Shown: positions 1-8,804 of the stretch, in pieces | Layout: every line of letters starts with the position of its first letter | Numbering within the stretch: the first letter of the stretch is position 1 | NCBI GenBank assembly: GCA_903873715.1 | Contig: CAIQPS010000094.1 | Location: 40-64,039 of the forward strand | Length of the DNA: 64,000 nucleotides | Direction of reading: 5' to 3' | Source of the DNA: an uncultured Actinomycetes bacterium | Lineage (GTDB): Bacteria; Actinomycetota; Thermoleophilia; RBG-16-64-13 | The notes under the pieces: model-generated | Database searches by the model: none | What the model saw: only the letters and a program-made list of their open reading frames with translations | What the model was told of the DNA's origin: nothing | Translations under genes and position numbers: made by a program

Positions 1-297
1 GAAGAGGCCTGTCCCGAGGGCGCCATCGAACGGCTCGCCATCGAGGTGACGGTGCCCGGTTCGGACCCGGTCGCGGGATACGTGCTCAAGGTCAACGAAG
101 CCCTGTGCACCAACTGCGGCGCCTGCTACGAGGCTTGCCCGTACGACATGATCCACGAGCACCCGGACCGCCCCGTGGCCTTCAAGTGCGACCTCTGCGA
201 CGGCGCGCCGCAATGCGTCACGTTCTGCCAGAACCCGCACGTGCTCGCCATCTCGCTGAAGACCAGCAAGATCGAGAAGTCGGCCGCGGTGGTCTGA
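1..297 (+). CDS. 4Fe-4S dicluster (ferredoxin-like) electron-transfer subunit, 5' end outside window
   Basis: Frame +1 open from base 1 (EEACPEGAI...); CTNCGACYEACP and KCDLCDGAPQCVTFC motifs of DmsB/HydN-type Fe-S proteins. Confidence 0.85.
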   Translation, partial: EEACPEGAIERLAIEVTVPGSDPVAGYVLKVNEALCTNCGACYEACPYDMIHEHPDRPVAFKCDLCDGAPQCVTFCQNPHVLAISLKTSKIEKSAAVV

Positions 298-308
298 GGG
301 GAGCCGGC

Positions 309-578
309 GTGGCGACGGCGGTGATGAAGCTGCCTCCGGGCATCTCCGGCAAGGACGGTCCCCGCACGATGCAGTGCGAGGGCCGGGACGTCGCCGAGGC
401 TCTCGCCGATTGTGTCGCCAGGGAGCCCCGCTTCAAGGAACGGATCTTCCGCGAGGACGGCTCCGTGTGGGTGGGCATCTTCGTCAACGGGCGCAACGTG
501 CGTCAGTTGGGCGGGATGCAGACCCTGTTGGCCGATGGCGACGAGATCCGTCTGCTGCCGCCCATCGCCGGCGGGTAG
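309..578 (+). CDS. MoaD/ThiS family sulfur-carrier (ubiquitin-like) protein
   Basis: GTG at 309; IFVNGRNVR..LADGDEIRLLPPIAGG with C-terminal GG. Confidence 0.9.
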   Translation: MATAVMKLPPGISGKDGPRTMQCEGRDVAEALADCVAREPRFKERIFREDGSVWVGIFVNGRNVRQLGGMQTLLADGDEIRLLPPIAGG

Positions 579-619
579 CCTGCCGGTGCGCCCGGCCGCG
601 GTGCCTGACTGACGCCGAG

Positions 620-1441
620 ATGGACTGCGACCTCTACCAGCAGCCGGCCTTCCGCAGGGCGGCCGGAGACGGCTTCCGCCCTGGTGGCCTTGCCCTCACC
701 GATGAACTCGCCGCCGCCTGTGGCCTGCGGCCGGGCGAGCGGGTCCTCGACCTGGCCTGCGGGGCCGGAGTCACGGCGGCACACCTGAGGGACTCTTACG
801 GCGCGGTCGTCACCGGTGTCGACGCGTCGCCGGCGTTCCTCGAAGAGGCGCGCCTGCGCGACCCCGGCATCGAGTGGGTCCTCGGCTCCGCCGCCACCCT
901 GCCGTTCGCGGCCGCTTCGTTCGATGCTGTCTTCGCGGAGTGTTTCCTATCGTCCCTTGCGGACCCTGCCCCGGTGCTCCGTGAGGTCCGCCGGGTCCTG
1001 CGCCCCGGCGGCCGCCTTGCGGTGACCGACATGTACCTCCGGGGACCGGGAGCCGCAGCGCCCGGCGCGGCGGCCCCAGAGGGCGCGGCCGCCCCAAGCG
1101 CCGCCGCCCCGCATCCCTCCACGTGTCTCACGGGCGCTCGAGGCAAGGAAGCCACCCTGGCCGCCTACGAGACGGCCGGCCTGCGGCCGCTCGTCTGGCG
1201 CGACCGCTCCGACACGCTGAAGGTGCTGCTTGCCTCCCTCATCATGGAATACGGCTCTGCGGCCGCGTTCTGGGAGGCGGCGGCCGGTGGGGGCGCGGGC
1301 TGCGCCGGCGCTCCGCCCGGCATGGCGGCTCCGGCGGCGCCCTCTCACAGTGGGCCCGCTGCCGCCGGCGCGGCGCTCGGGGCCGCCCGGCCGGGCTACT
1401 ATCTCCTGGTCGCTGAAGCCGTGGAGGTCGGGAGTGTCTGA
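620..1441 (+). CDS. trsM: Class I SAM methyltransferase, DVU_1556/TrsM-like
   Basis: N-terminal RPGGLALT, VLDLACGAG SAM motif, FDAVFAEC, TCLTGA, C-terminal PGYYLLVA; directly upstream of a TrsS-like radical SAM gene. Confidence 0.75.
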   Translation: MDCDLYQQPAFRRAAGDGFRPGGLALTDELAAACGLRPGERVLDLACGAGVTAAHLRDSYGAVVTGVDASPAFLEEARLRDPGIEWVLGSAATLPFAAASFDAVFAECFLSSLADPAPVLREVRRVLRPGGRLAVTDMYLRGPGAAAPGAAAPEGAAAPSAAAPHPSTCLTGARGKEATLAAYETAGLRPLVWRDRSDTLKVLLASLIMEYGSAAAFWEAAAGGGAGCAGAPPGMAAPAAPSHSGPAAAGAALGAARPGYYLLVAEAVEVGSV

Positions 1442-2792
1442 GTTCATCCGTGCCACCGGGAGCCTGTGCCCAACGTGCCTCGAGCGCGTGCCTGCGCGGC
1501 TGGTGGCCGAAGGGGAGGACGTGACCCTCGAAGGCGAGTGCCTCAACCACGGTCCCTGGCGGACCACGGTCTGGTCGGGACCGCCCTCGTTCCGCTCGTG
1601 GTGCGGTGACGAGCCGGCGCCCGCGGCCCGGCAGGTCTGCACGGCGGTGGTCGAGGTCACGCGCGCCTGCGACTTGGGCTGCCCGGTCTGCTTCGCGGAG
1701 TCACCGGGGGAGCCGGCGGACGGAGCGGCCGCCGACCCGGCGGTGGCAGGGCTCGCCGAACGCTTCCGCCGCCTGTTCGCCTCCGAAGGCCAGGTGAACG
1801 TACAGCTTTCCGGGGGTGAACCGACCACCCGGGACGATCTCCCCGAGATAGTCGCCGCCGCATGTGCGGCCGGCTTCAGCTTCGTGCAACTCAACACGAA
1901 CGGTCTGCGCATCGCGGCCGAGGGCGGCTACGCCGAGGCTCTCCGCGACGCGGGTCTGGCGTCGGTGTTCCTCCAGTTCGACGGTCTCTCCGACGATTCG
2001 TACGCAGCCATACGCGGGCGTCCGCTGCTGGCAGAGAAGCTCCGCGCGGTCGAGCGCTGCGCCGAAGCGGGCCTCGCCGTGGTGCTGGTACCGACGGTGG
2101 TACCCGGCGTCAACGACTCCGAACTCGGCGCCCTCGTGGACTTCGCCGCGTCGCGGCCTGGAGTCGTGCGGGGCCTTCACCTCCAGCCCATAAGCTACTT
2201 CGGACGGTACCCGGGCGGCGCGGCGGATGCCGCCGGCGCCATCCCCGCCTCGCCGCCACACCTGACCCTTCCGGATCTGCTCCGCGCGCTCGAAGACCAG
2301 ACCGGTGGCGCGGTCCGCGCCGCGGACTTCTCGGGGAGTTGCTGCGAACACGTCCGCTGTTCGTTCAGGGCCCGCTACTGGGTGCGGGATGGGGGGACAA
2401 TCATGCCGCTGCGGGCCGCCTCGTCCTGTTGCGGATCCGACGCGGCCCCGAGCGTCCCCGCGGGCGAAGCGCCGCGCCGGGCCGTGGCCGCCACCTCCCG
2501 GCAGTGGAGCCGGCGGGACCGGCCGCCCGCGCCGGCCTGCGCGTGCTCGGGGGAGGGCGCCGCGCCGCCTGCGGTCCCCGACGGGCTCACCCGGTTCCTC
2601 GAGGACGCCGACCGCATCCTCGCCATCTCCGGGATGCTGTTCCAGGATGCCTGGAGCATCGACATGGAGCGCATCGACCGCTGCTGTGTGCAGGTGGTGA
2701 CCGAGCCGGGCGACCACAGCCCGGACGGCCTCGTGCCCTTCTGTCTGTGGAACCTGACCAGCGCGACCGGCGAGCGGCTGTACCCGCGATGA
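1434..2792 (+). CDS. trsS: Radical SAM protein, TrsS-like (Tes / 7,8-dihydro-6-hydroxymethylpterin dimethyltransferase superfamily)
   Basis: N-terminal SLCPTC...ECLNHG metal site, CDLGCPVC radical SAM motif, QLSGGEP, QLNTNG, FLQFDG, FQDAW..D.ER..RCC, LVPFCLWNLT; GTG start overlaps the upstream gene end. Confidence 0.8.
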   Translation: MSEFIRATGSLCPTCLERVPARLVAEGEDVTLEGECLNHGPWRTTVWSGPPSFRSWCGDEPAPAARQVCTAVVEVTRACDLGCPVCFAESPGEPADGAAADPAVAGLAERFRRLFASEGQVNVQLSGGEPTTRDDLPEIVAAACAAGFSFVQLNTNGLRIAAEGGYAEALRDAGLASVFLQFDGLSDDSYAAIRGRPLLAEKLRAVERCAEAGLAVVLVPTVVPGVNDSELGALVDFAASRPGVVRGLHLQPISYFGRYPGGAADAAGAIPASPPHLTLPDLLRALEDQTGGAVRAADFSGSCCEHVRCSFRARYWVRDGGTIMPLRAASSCCGSDAAPSVPAGEAPRRAVAATSRQWSRRDRPPAPACACSGEGAAPPAVPDGLTRFLEDADRILAISGMLFQDAWSIDMERIDRCCVQVVTEPGDHSPDGLVPFCLWNLTSATGERLYPR

Positions 2793-4156
2793 GTCCCCGC
2801 GGCGACCCCTCGGTCCCCATCAGCCCGCTCGAGGAGTGGACTGCCCGGCGCCTGGGGGTCGACCGGCTCACGCGCGAAGAGGTAGGGCGCTGGCAACTCG
2901 AGCGGCTGCGCGAGGTCGTCGGATGGGCGCGCGAGCGCAGCCCGTACTACCGCCGGCTCTACGAGTCTCTGCCGGACGGTGCCCCCGCCGGCTTCGATCG
3001 GATCGCCTTGCTGCCGCTGCTGGACAACTCCGTGGTCCGCGAACGCGGGCAGGAGTTGGTGTGCGTCTCCCTGAGCGACATCTCCCGGGTGGTGACGATG
3101 CCCACCTCGGGGAGCACCGGGGCTCCCAAGCGGCTGTACTTCACCACCGACGACCTGAGGCTCACCGCCGACCACTTCCGCCACGGCATGCGCGCCCTGG
3201 TGGGCCCGGGAGACCGGCTGGTGGTCCTGATGCCCGGTCAGACGCCGGGGAGCGTAGGCGCCCTGCTGCGTGACGGCCTCGGCCAGGACGGCGTCGACGT
3301 CCACTCCTACGGTTTCGTGGACGACTGCGCCGACGTGGCGGCCTGCATCGTCGGGTTCGAGGCCACCGCCCTGGTGGGGGTACCCGGCCAGGTGGTGCGG
3401 CTGGCCCGCTCCGCCGCGGGCAGGCGCGCGGGGAAGGGCCGTATCAGGAACGTGTTGCTCTCCGGCGACCACGTCACTCCGGCCATGCGCGCCGCCATCG
3501 AGGATGCGTGGGACTGCCGGGTGTTCGAGCACTACGGGTCCACCGAGATAGGCCTGGGCGGCGCGGTTCAATGCCGCGCCCACGCCGGGCTGCACGTCCG
3601 CGAGGCCGACCTCCTCTTCGAGGTGGTCGACCCGGTGACAGGCCGCCCGCTCCCCGACGGCTCCGAGGGAGAGCTCGTGGTCACCACCCTCACCCGCCGT
3701 GGCATGCCGATGATCCGCCTGCGCACCGGCGACCTCGTCCGCATGGCGGCCGAGCCCTGTCCCTGCGGCAGCGTGCTGCGCAGCATAGGGACGGTGGTGG
3801 GGCGGATGGGAGAACGCCTACCCTTGAAGGGCGGCGGCACTCCGACCGTGGCCGATCTAGACGAGGCGGTCTTCGGGGTGGATGCCGTGATGGGGTTCGT
3901 CGCGACGCTCGAAGCCGATGCGGACGACCCGGCTGCGGCGCCCGGCGCGGGCGATCGCCTCACGGTCAAGGTCGAGCTGCGGTCGGAAGAGCCGGTGCCG
4001 GCGCGAGAGGCCGCAGCGGCGGACGTGGCCGGAAGGGTCGCAACCATCCCGGCGGTGCGGTCGTCAGGGCTGCAGGTGAGGGTGGAGGAGTCCGCCGAAG
4101 CCGCCGATGTGGCCCCATCCGCCAAACAGCGCATCGTCGACAGGCGAGGGACCTAG
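2789..4156 (+). CDS. AMP-dependent ligase, phenylacetate-CoA ligase / DVU_1553-like
   Basis: ATGA-coupled start; SPLEEW..WQLERLRE..SPYYR, TSGSTGAPKR P-loop, HYGSTE, RTGD. Confidence 0.85.
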   Translation: MSPRGDPSVPISPLEEWTARRLGVDRLTREEVGRWQLERLREVVGWARERSPYYRRLYESLPDGAPAGFDRIALLPLLDNSVVRERGQELVCVSLSDISRVVTMPTSGSTGAPKRLYFTTDDLRLTADHFRHGMRALVGPGDRLVVLMPGQTPGSVGALLRDGLGQDGVDVHSYGFVDDCADVAACIVGFEATALVGVPGQVVRLARSAAGRRAGKGRIRNVLLSGDHVTPAMRAAIEDAWDCRVFEHYGSTEIGLGGAVQCRAHAGLHVREADLLFEVVDPVTGRPLPDGSEGELVVTTLTRRGMPMIRLRTGDLVRMAAEPCPCGSVLRSIGTVVGRMGERLPLKGGGTPTVADLDEAVFGVDAVMGFVATLEADADDPAAAPGAGDRLTVKVELRSEEPVPAREAAAADVAGRVATIPAVRSSGLQVRVEESAEAADVAPSAKQRIVDRRGT

Positions 4157-4189
4157 AGGTCGTCACACCTGTCCCGCGGGCATACGACT

Positions 4190-4227
4190 GGTACCGGATC
4201 CGATACCCCCGGCACCAGATCCGATAC
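4190..4227. repeat. Degenerate 21-bp-period direct repeat (GGYACCRGATCCGATAC x2)
   Basis: Copies at 4190-4206 and 4211-4227. Confidence 0.7.
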
Positions 4228-4316
4228 GGTCCATATGTCGGCGCGAGAACTGCGACACACTTCGAATGGCGGCCTCCGGCAGGGCGTCACGCTCCGCTCC
4301 GCGCCTCTGCGGTCCA

Positions 4317-4363
4317 GCGACCGCGCGACTCCGCGACCGCGCGACTCCGCGCCCGCGCGCCCC
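4317..4363. repeat. 16-bp tandem repeat GCGACCGCGCGACTCC x2 plus one degenerate copy
   Basis: Copies at 4317-4332, 4333-4348 and 4349-4363. Confidence 0.75.
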
Positions 4364-4367
4364 GGCC

Positions 4368-6278
4368 CTAGACCGACCGGCTGGCCTTCTTGCGCTCCTC
4401 GTTGTCGAGGATCGCCTTGCGCACCCGCACCGTCTTCGGCGTCACTTCCACGAGTTCGTCGGCCGCGATCCACTCGAGGGCCTGGTCCAGGGTCATCTCC
4501 CGCGGCACCTTGAGGCCCACATCGACCTCTTTGGTCTCGGACCGGTAGTTGCCCAGCTTCTTGGTCTTGGTGGGGTTGCAGGCCATGTCGCCCGCGCGGG
4601 AATGCTCGCCCACGATCATCCCGGCGTAGACCGGGTCCATCGGCGAGACGAACAGGGTGCCGCGCTGCTGCAGGTTCTCCAGGGAGTACCCGGTGGCCGG
4701 GCCGGTGTCCATGCTCACGAGCGATCCGCGGTCGCGGTGGGTGACCTCACCCCGCCACGGCTCGTAACCCGTGAAGCGGGAGGCCATGATACCCAGCCCC
4801 CGCGTGTCGGTGAGGAAGTCGCTGCGGTAGCCTATGAGGCCCCGCGTGGGGATGTTGAACTCCAGACGGACGATCCCCGTGCCGGCGTCGTGCATCGCGG
4901 TGATCTCGCCCTTGCGCTGGGCGAGCTTCTCGATGACGATGCCCTGATACTCGTTGGGCACGTCGACGGTGAGCTGCTCCATCGGCTCCAGGATGTGGCC
5001 CTTGGCATCGGTGTGGGTGATGACCTCTGGCCGCGACACGCACAGTTCCATGCCCTCGCGCCGCATCTCCTCGATGAGGATGCCCAGGTGCAGTTCGCCG
5101 CGCCCCGACACCTTGACGCCGTCGGGCCGGCCAAGGTCTTCCACACGCAGCGCGACGTTCACCCTCAGTTCGCGGTCGAGACGGTCCTTGATCTGGCGCA
5201 GGGTGGCCGCGTTGCCGTCCCGGCCGGAGAACGGGCCGTTGTTGGTGAGGAAGAACATGGACACGGTCGGCTCTTCGATCTCGAGCGGCGGCAGCGCCGG
5301 GTCGGCGAGGTCGGGAGCGGACAGCGTGTCGCCGATGGTGACGTCGAACGGCCCGTTGAGCCAGACGATGTCGCCGGCCTGGACCTCGTCCACCTCTTCG
5401 CGCTCGAGCCCGCGGGTGACCCACAGGTGGGCGGTCCGCACCGACTCGGTGCCCGTCACCGACCAATCGCCGGCGTCGCCGTCGGCGTCATGGTCCAGGC
5501 TGTTCCAGACCGTGGAGGTGCGGACCAGCTCCTCGCCCCTGCGATGCGTCCCCTCCAGCACCCGGCCGCAGCCGATGCGGCCCAGGTAGTCGCTCCAGGC
5601 GAGCGTGGAGACCTGCATGCGGAACGGCGCGTCCAGCTTGGCCTTCGGCGGCGGCACCTCGGCGATGATGGTCTCGAAGAGGGCGTCCATGCCCTCGTGT
5701 TCGTCGGTATCGGGATCGCGGACGATCCAGCCCTCGAGGGCGGAGCCGTACACCACGGCGAAATCGGCCTGGTCATCGGTGGCGCCGAGCTCGAGGAAGA
5801 GGTCGAAGGTCTTGTCGAGGGCGCCGTGCGGGTCGGCGTGGGGGCGGTCCACCTTGTTGACCACCACGATCGGCCGCAGGCCAAGGCGCAGCGCCCGCAT
5901 GAGCACGTAGCGGGTCTGGGGCATGGGACCCTCGTTGGCGTCCACGAGGAGCAGCACGGAGTCGACCATCGACAGGACGCGCTCCACCTCGCCGGAGAAG
6001 TCGGCGTGTCCGGGCGTGTCCACGATGTTGATGAGGTAGCCGCCCCACTCGACCGTGCAGTGCTTGGAGCGGATGGTGATGCCCCGCTCGCGCTCCAGGT
6101 CGTTCGAGTCCATGACCCGCTCCTCGACGCGCTGATGGTCGCGGAACACGCGGGCGGCGCGGAAGATCGAGTCGATCAGCGTCGTCTTGCCGTGATCGAT
6201 GTGGGCGATGATGGCGACGTTGCGGATCCTCTGCGCGCCTTCGGCGGCAACGTTCTCCGGTTTATGGCCAGGGTGCAT
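4368..6278 (-). CDS. typA: Translational GTPase TypA/BipA
   Basis: [51 protein letters not shown]. Confidence 0.97.
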   Translation of the reverse strand: MHPGHKPENVAAEGAQRIRNVAIIAHIDHGKTTLIDSIFRAARVFRDHQRVEERVMDSNDLERERGITIRSKHCTVEWGGYLINIVDTPGHADFSGEVERVLSMVDSVLLLVDANEGPMPQTRYVLMRALRLGLRPIVVVNKVDRPHADPHGALDKTFDLFLELGATDDQADFAVVYGSALEGWIVRDPDTDEHEGMDALFETIIAEVPPPKAKLDAPFRMQVSTLAWSDYLGRIGCGRVLEGTHRRGEELVRTSTVWNSLDHDADGDAGDWSVTGTESVRTAHLWVTRGLEREEVDEVQAGDIVWLNGPFDVTIGDTLSAPDLADPALPPLEIEEPTVSMFFLTNNGPFSGRDGNAATLRQIKDRLDRELRVNVALRVEDLGRPDGVKVSGRGELHLGILIEEMRREGMELCVSRPEVITHTDAKGHILEPMEQLTVDVPNEYQGIVIEKLAQRKGEITAMHDAGTGIVRLEFNIPTRGLIGYRSDFLTDTRGLGIMASRFTGYEPWRGEVTHRDRGSLVSMDTGPATGYSLENLQQRGTLFVSPMDPVYAGMIVGEHSRAGDMACNPTKTKKLGNYRSETKEVDVGLKVPREMTLDQALEWIAADELVEVTPKTVRVRKAILDNEERKKASRSV

Positions 6279-6453
6279 GAAGCAGAGGACTCCTTGGTGT
6301 CATTTCGAGGACCTACCACCCCTCATAGGGGCGCTCACCGAGGGGCGGCGCCGGCAAGGGCACGAGATTATACCTTCTTGGAAACCCTCTTGGCCGCTTC
6401 ATGCGGATAGTGAGCGCTTACTCGCTCTTGCGCCCGCGCGCTTTCGGTGCTTC

Positions 6454-6479
6454 AATGGAACGACATTCTATTTAGAATG
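6454..6479. promoter_or_regulatory. Putative TetR operator upstream of tetR
   Basis: AATGGAACGACATTCTATTT (6454-6473) plus inverted repeat CATTCTA-TT-TAGAATG (6464-6479); near-copy at 7163-7182. Confidence 0.65.
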
Positions 6480-6501
6480 ACCTCAGGGGGATCGGGGAGA
6501 A

Positions 6502-7164
6502 GTGAGCAGGCCTTCCTTGGCCTTCAAGCCGCCCAGGCAGCGGCGCAGCCACGAGACACTCGAGCGCGTCCTCGACGCGGCCGAGTCCCTCATCCGCGAG
6601 CGCGGCTTCGAGAGCATGACCATCGCAGAGGTCGTCCAGCTCTCCGGGTCGTCCGTCGGCAGCATCTACGCGCGGTTCAACAACAAGATCGGCCTGCTGC
6701 AGGCGGTCCAGGTCCGCTACCACGCTCGCGTTCAAAACGCCATTTTTGCTGCATTCAGCGGTGATCATGGCAAGGATGAGTCTCTCGATGAGGCGGTGGC
6801 CCGAATCGTGCGCGAGATGTCCCGGCACGTGCTCAGCGATCCCCAGTTGTTCCGCGCATTCGTGGTCCAGGCGGTCTTCGACCCCGGGGTACGGGCGCGC
6901 GGCGAGCGGGTCAACGCCGAGCGGCGCGACAAGGTGACAGAGATCCTGCTGACGCATCGGGACGAGATCAGGCATCCCGACCCCGAGAAAGCCGCCCGCT
7001 GGGTGTACTCCATGCTCATGGCCGCCCTTCGGGAGCGGGTCACCTACGGGGAGCGGGGTGAACTGTCCGGAGAGTTCTCCGACGAGGAGATCGTAACGGA
7101 AATGACCCGCGTAGCGGCAAGTTATCTGACGATGGCGCCGAGTGCGCCGGATGTCGGTGACTAA
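6502..7164 (+). CDS. TetR/AcrR family transcriptional regulator
   Basis: PRQRRSHETLERVLDAA..GFESMTIAEVV..SSVGSIYARF N-terminal HTH; GGGGAG RBS. Confidence 0.92.
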   Translation: MSRPSLAFKPPRQRRSHETLERVLDAAESLIRERGFESMTIAEVVQLSGSSVGSIYARFNNKIGLLQAVQVRYHARVQNAIFAAFSGDHGKDESLDEAVARIVREMSRHVLSDPQLFRAFVVQAVFDPGVRARGERVNAERRDKVTEILLTHRDEIRHPDPEKAARWVYSMLMAALRERVTYGERGELSGEFSDEEIVTEMTRVAASYLTMAPSAPDVGD

Positions 7165-7182
7165 TAGAACAGCATTTTAGTT
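7163..7182. promoter_or_regulatory. Second copy of putative TetR operator, upstream of the SBP gene
   Basis: AATAGAACAGCATTTTAGTT, 15/20 identical to 6454-6473. Confidence 0.6.
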
Positions 7183-7265
7183 CTGATTTTACCGGGAGGT
7201 GAGCGAGGACAGGGGATTCGTGGAGAAGTCGAGTCACGGTGTTTCTAAAGAGAGGGGTCGAATCA

Positions 7266-8711
7266 ATGGAAGAGCGCACTGTAAGCCGTAGGGAATTCCT
7301 GAAGTATGCTGGGATCACCGGCGCCACTATCGGCGCAGCCGGTGGCCTGGGCGGTCTGCTTGCCGCCTGCGGAGGAACGGAAGAGACCACCACGACCGCT
7401 GCCGCCCCGGCGACTACCGCCACGACCGCGGCTGCGGCCAGCACCGACACCACGGCCGCTCCGGCCGAGACCACCACGACCGCGGCTTCTGTCGAGATGG
7501 GCCGCGAGATCAAGATCGGCGCAGTCTCCCCGATCACCGGCGGTCTGGCCTCGTTCGGGGGCCCGGACAAGTGGATCGTCAGCTACGTGGCCAAAGCCAT
7601 CGGCGACGGCGTCGTCTGCGGCGACGGCAAGAAGCACCCCGTCACCATCGTCCAGTTGGACAGCCAGTCCAGCCCGAACCGCGTGGCGGAAGTCACCCAG
7701 GACCTGATCTTCAACCAGAAGGTCGACATGATGGTGGCCTCGTCCAGCCCGGACACGGTCAACCCGGCCGCCGACCAGTGCGAAGCCAACGGCATCCCGT
7801 TCCTGGCGAACTTCGTGCCGTGGCAGCCGTTCTACATGGGCCGCGGTGCCACCCCCGACAAGCCCTTCAAGTGGACCTACATGTACCACTTCGGTGTCGA
7901 GGACGCAGCGGACTGCCGTCTCAAGATGTGGGACCAGATCCAGACCAACAAGACCGTCGCCTACCTGTTCCCGAACGACGCGGACGGCCAGGCCTGGTTC
8001 AACCCGGAAAAAGGCCTCGAGCCCTTCCTGGTCAAGGGTGGATACAAGACCGGCGCCAAACCGGACATGTACCAGCCGCCGTCGGAAGACTTCACCCAGC
8101 AGATCTCCCTGTTCAAGAAGACGGGCTGCGAAGTCTTCACCGGTAACCAGACTCCTCCGGACTTCACCAACTTCTGGAAACAGGCTCTGCAGCAGGGCTT
8201 CAAGCCGAAGATCGCCAGCATGAGCAAGGCGACCCTGTTCCATCAGACCATCGAGGCTCTGGGCGACATCGCCATCGGCCTGTCCGACCACATGGTGTGG
8301 CACCCGAAATTCCCGTACAAGAGCTACCTCACCGGCCAGACCTGCGAGGAATACGCGGCGCAGTGGTCGCAGGAATCCGGCAAGCAGTGGACCCAGCCGC
8401 TCGGCCAGCTCGGCAAATATGAGTGGGCTGTCGACGTCCTCAAGCGCACCAAGGACATCGAGAACAAAGAGACCTACGTCGACGCCATCGTGAACACCAA
8501 GTTCGAAGGCATCAACGGCCCGGTGGACTACACCCTGCCCGCGAAACTCGGCACCTCCAAGCCGGTCCCGAACGTGTTCAAGATCAAGATCGCCGGTGGC
8601 CAGTGGGGCAAATCCGAAGATCCGAAGTACAAGTACGACATCTTCATCATCTACGGCCAGGACCCGAACATGCCGGTCCAGACGAAGTTCCAGCCCATCA
8701 CCTACGCCTAA
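7266..8711 (+). CDS. ABC transporter substrate-binding protein (HAAT/LivJ-like, PBP type 1), Tat-exported lipoprotein
   Basis: SRREFLK Tat motif, LAAC lipobox, Thr/Ala linker, IKIGAVSPITGGLASFG. Confidence 0.88.
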   Translation: MEERTVSRREFLKYAGITGATIGAAGGLGGLLAACGGTEETTTTAAAPATTATTAAAASTDTTAAPAETTTTAASVEMGREIKIGAVSPITGGLASFGGPDKWIVSYVAKAIGDGVVCGDGKKHPVTIVQLDSQSSPNRVAEVTQDLIFNQKVDMMVASSSPDTVNPAADQCEANGIPFLANFVPWQPFYMGRGATPDKPFKWTYMYHFGVEDAADCRLKMWDQIQTNKTVAYLFPNDADGQAWFNPEKGLEPFLVKGGYKTGAKPDMYQPPSEDFTQQISLFKKTGCEVFTGNQTPPDFTNFWKQALQQGFKPKIASMSKATLFHQTIEALGDIAIGLSDHMVWHPKFPYKSYLTGQTCEEYAAQWSQESGKQWTQPLGQLGKYEWAVDVLKRTKDIENKETYVDAIVNTKFEGINGPVDYTLPAKLGTSKPVPNVFKIKIAGGQWGKSEDPKYKYDIFIIYGQDPNMPVQTKFQPITYA

Positions 8712-8755
8712 CGGCACGGTGAGTTCGAAACGAACCGGATGACTGAATGAGTGCG

Positions 8756-8782
8756 GGGGGCGGCCCACACCGGGCCGCCCCC
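8756..8782 (+). terminator. GC-rich stem-loop after the SBP gene (terminator or mRNA stabiliser)
   Basis: GGGGGCGGCCC-ACACC-GGGCCGCCCCC perfect 11-bp stem. Confidence 0.6.
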
Positions 8783-8804
8783 ATCCTTGAAAGTGAGTCT
8801 GCGC

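Noticed and set aside
1-2792. Selenocysteine readthrough in the Fe-S protein, methyltransferase or TrsS-like gene
   Set aside because: The TGA codons sit at natural C-termini, two overlapping the next gene; motif positions are Cys and no SECIS-like hairpin was evident
309-4260. RiPP cluster interpretation (radical SAM + methyltransferase + small ORF)
   Set aside because: The radical SAM lacks SPASM/RRE features and fits the TrsS/Tes type; no convincing precursor, peptidase or exporter
4190-4363. CRISPR-like array
   Set aside because: Only 2-3 adjacent short copies, no unique spacers and no cas genes
4107-6410. 767-aa plus-strand ORF and many other long alternative-frame ORFs (e.g. 7263-8768, 15255-17246, 34809-36875, 49948-51624)
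   Set aside because: Antisense or frame shadows of well-supported genes; stop codons are rare at this GC and the translations lack family motifs
7380-7495. ACC/GCC-rich repeats in SBP and lipoprotein genes (also about 50195-50310 and 39980-40140)
   Set aside because: They encode ordinary Thr/Ala/Ser linkers, not independent repeat elements
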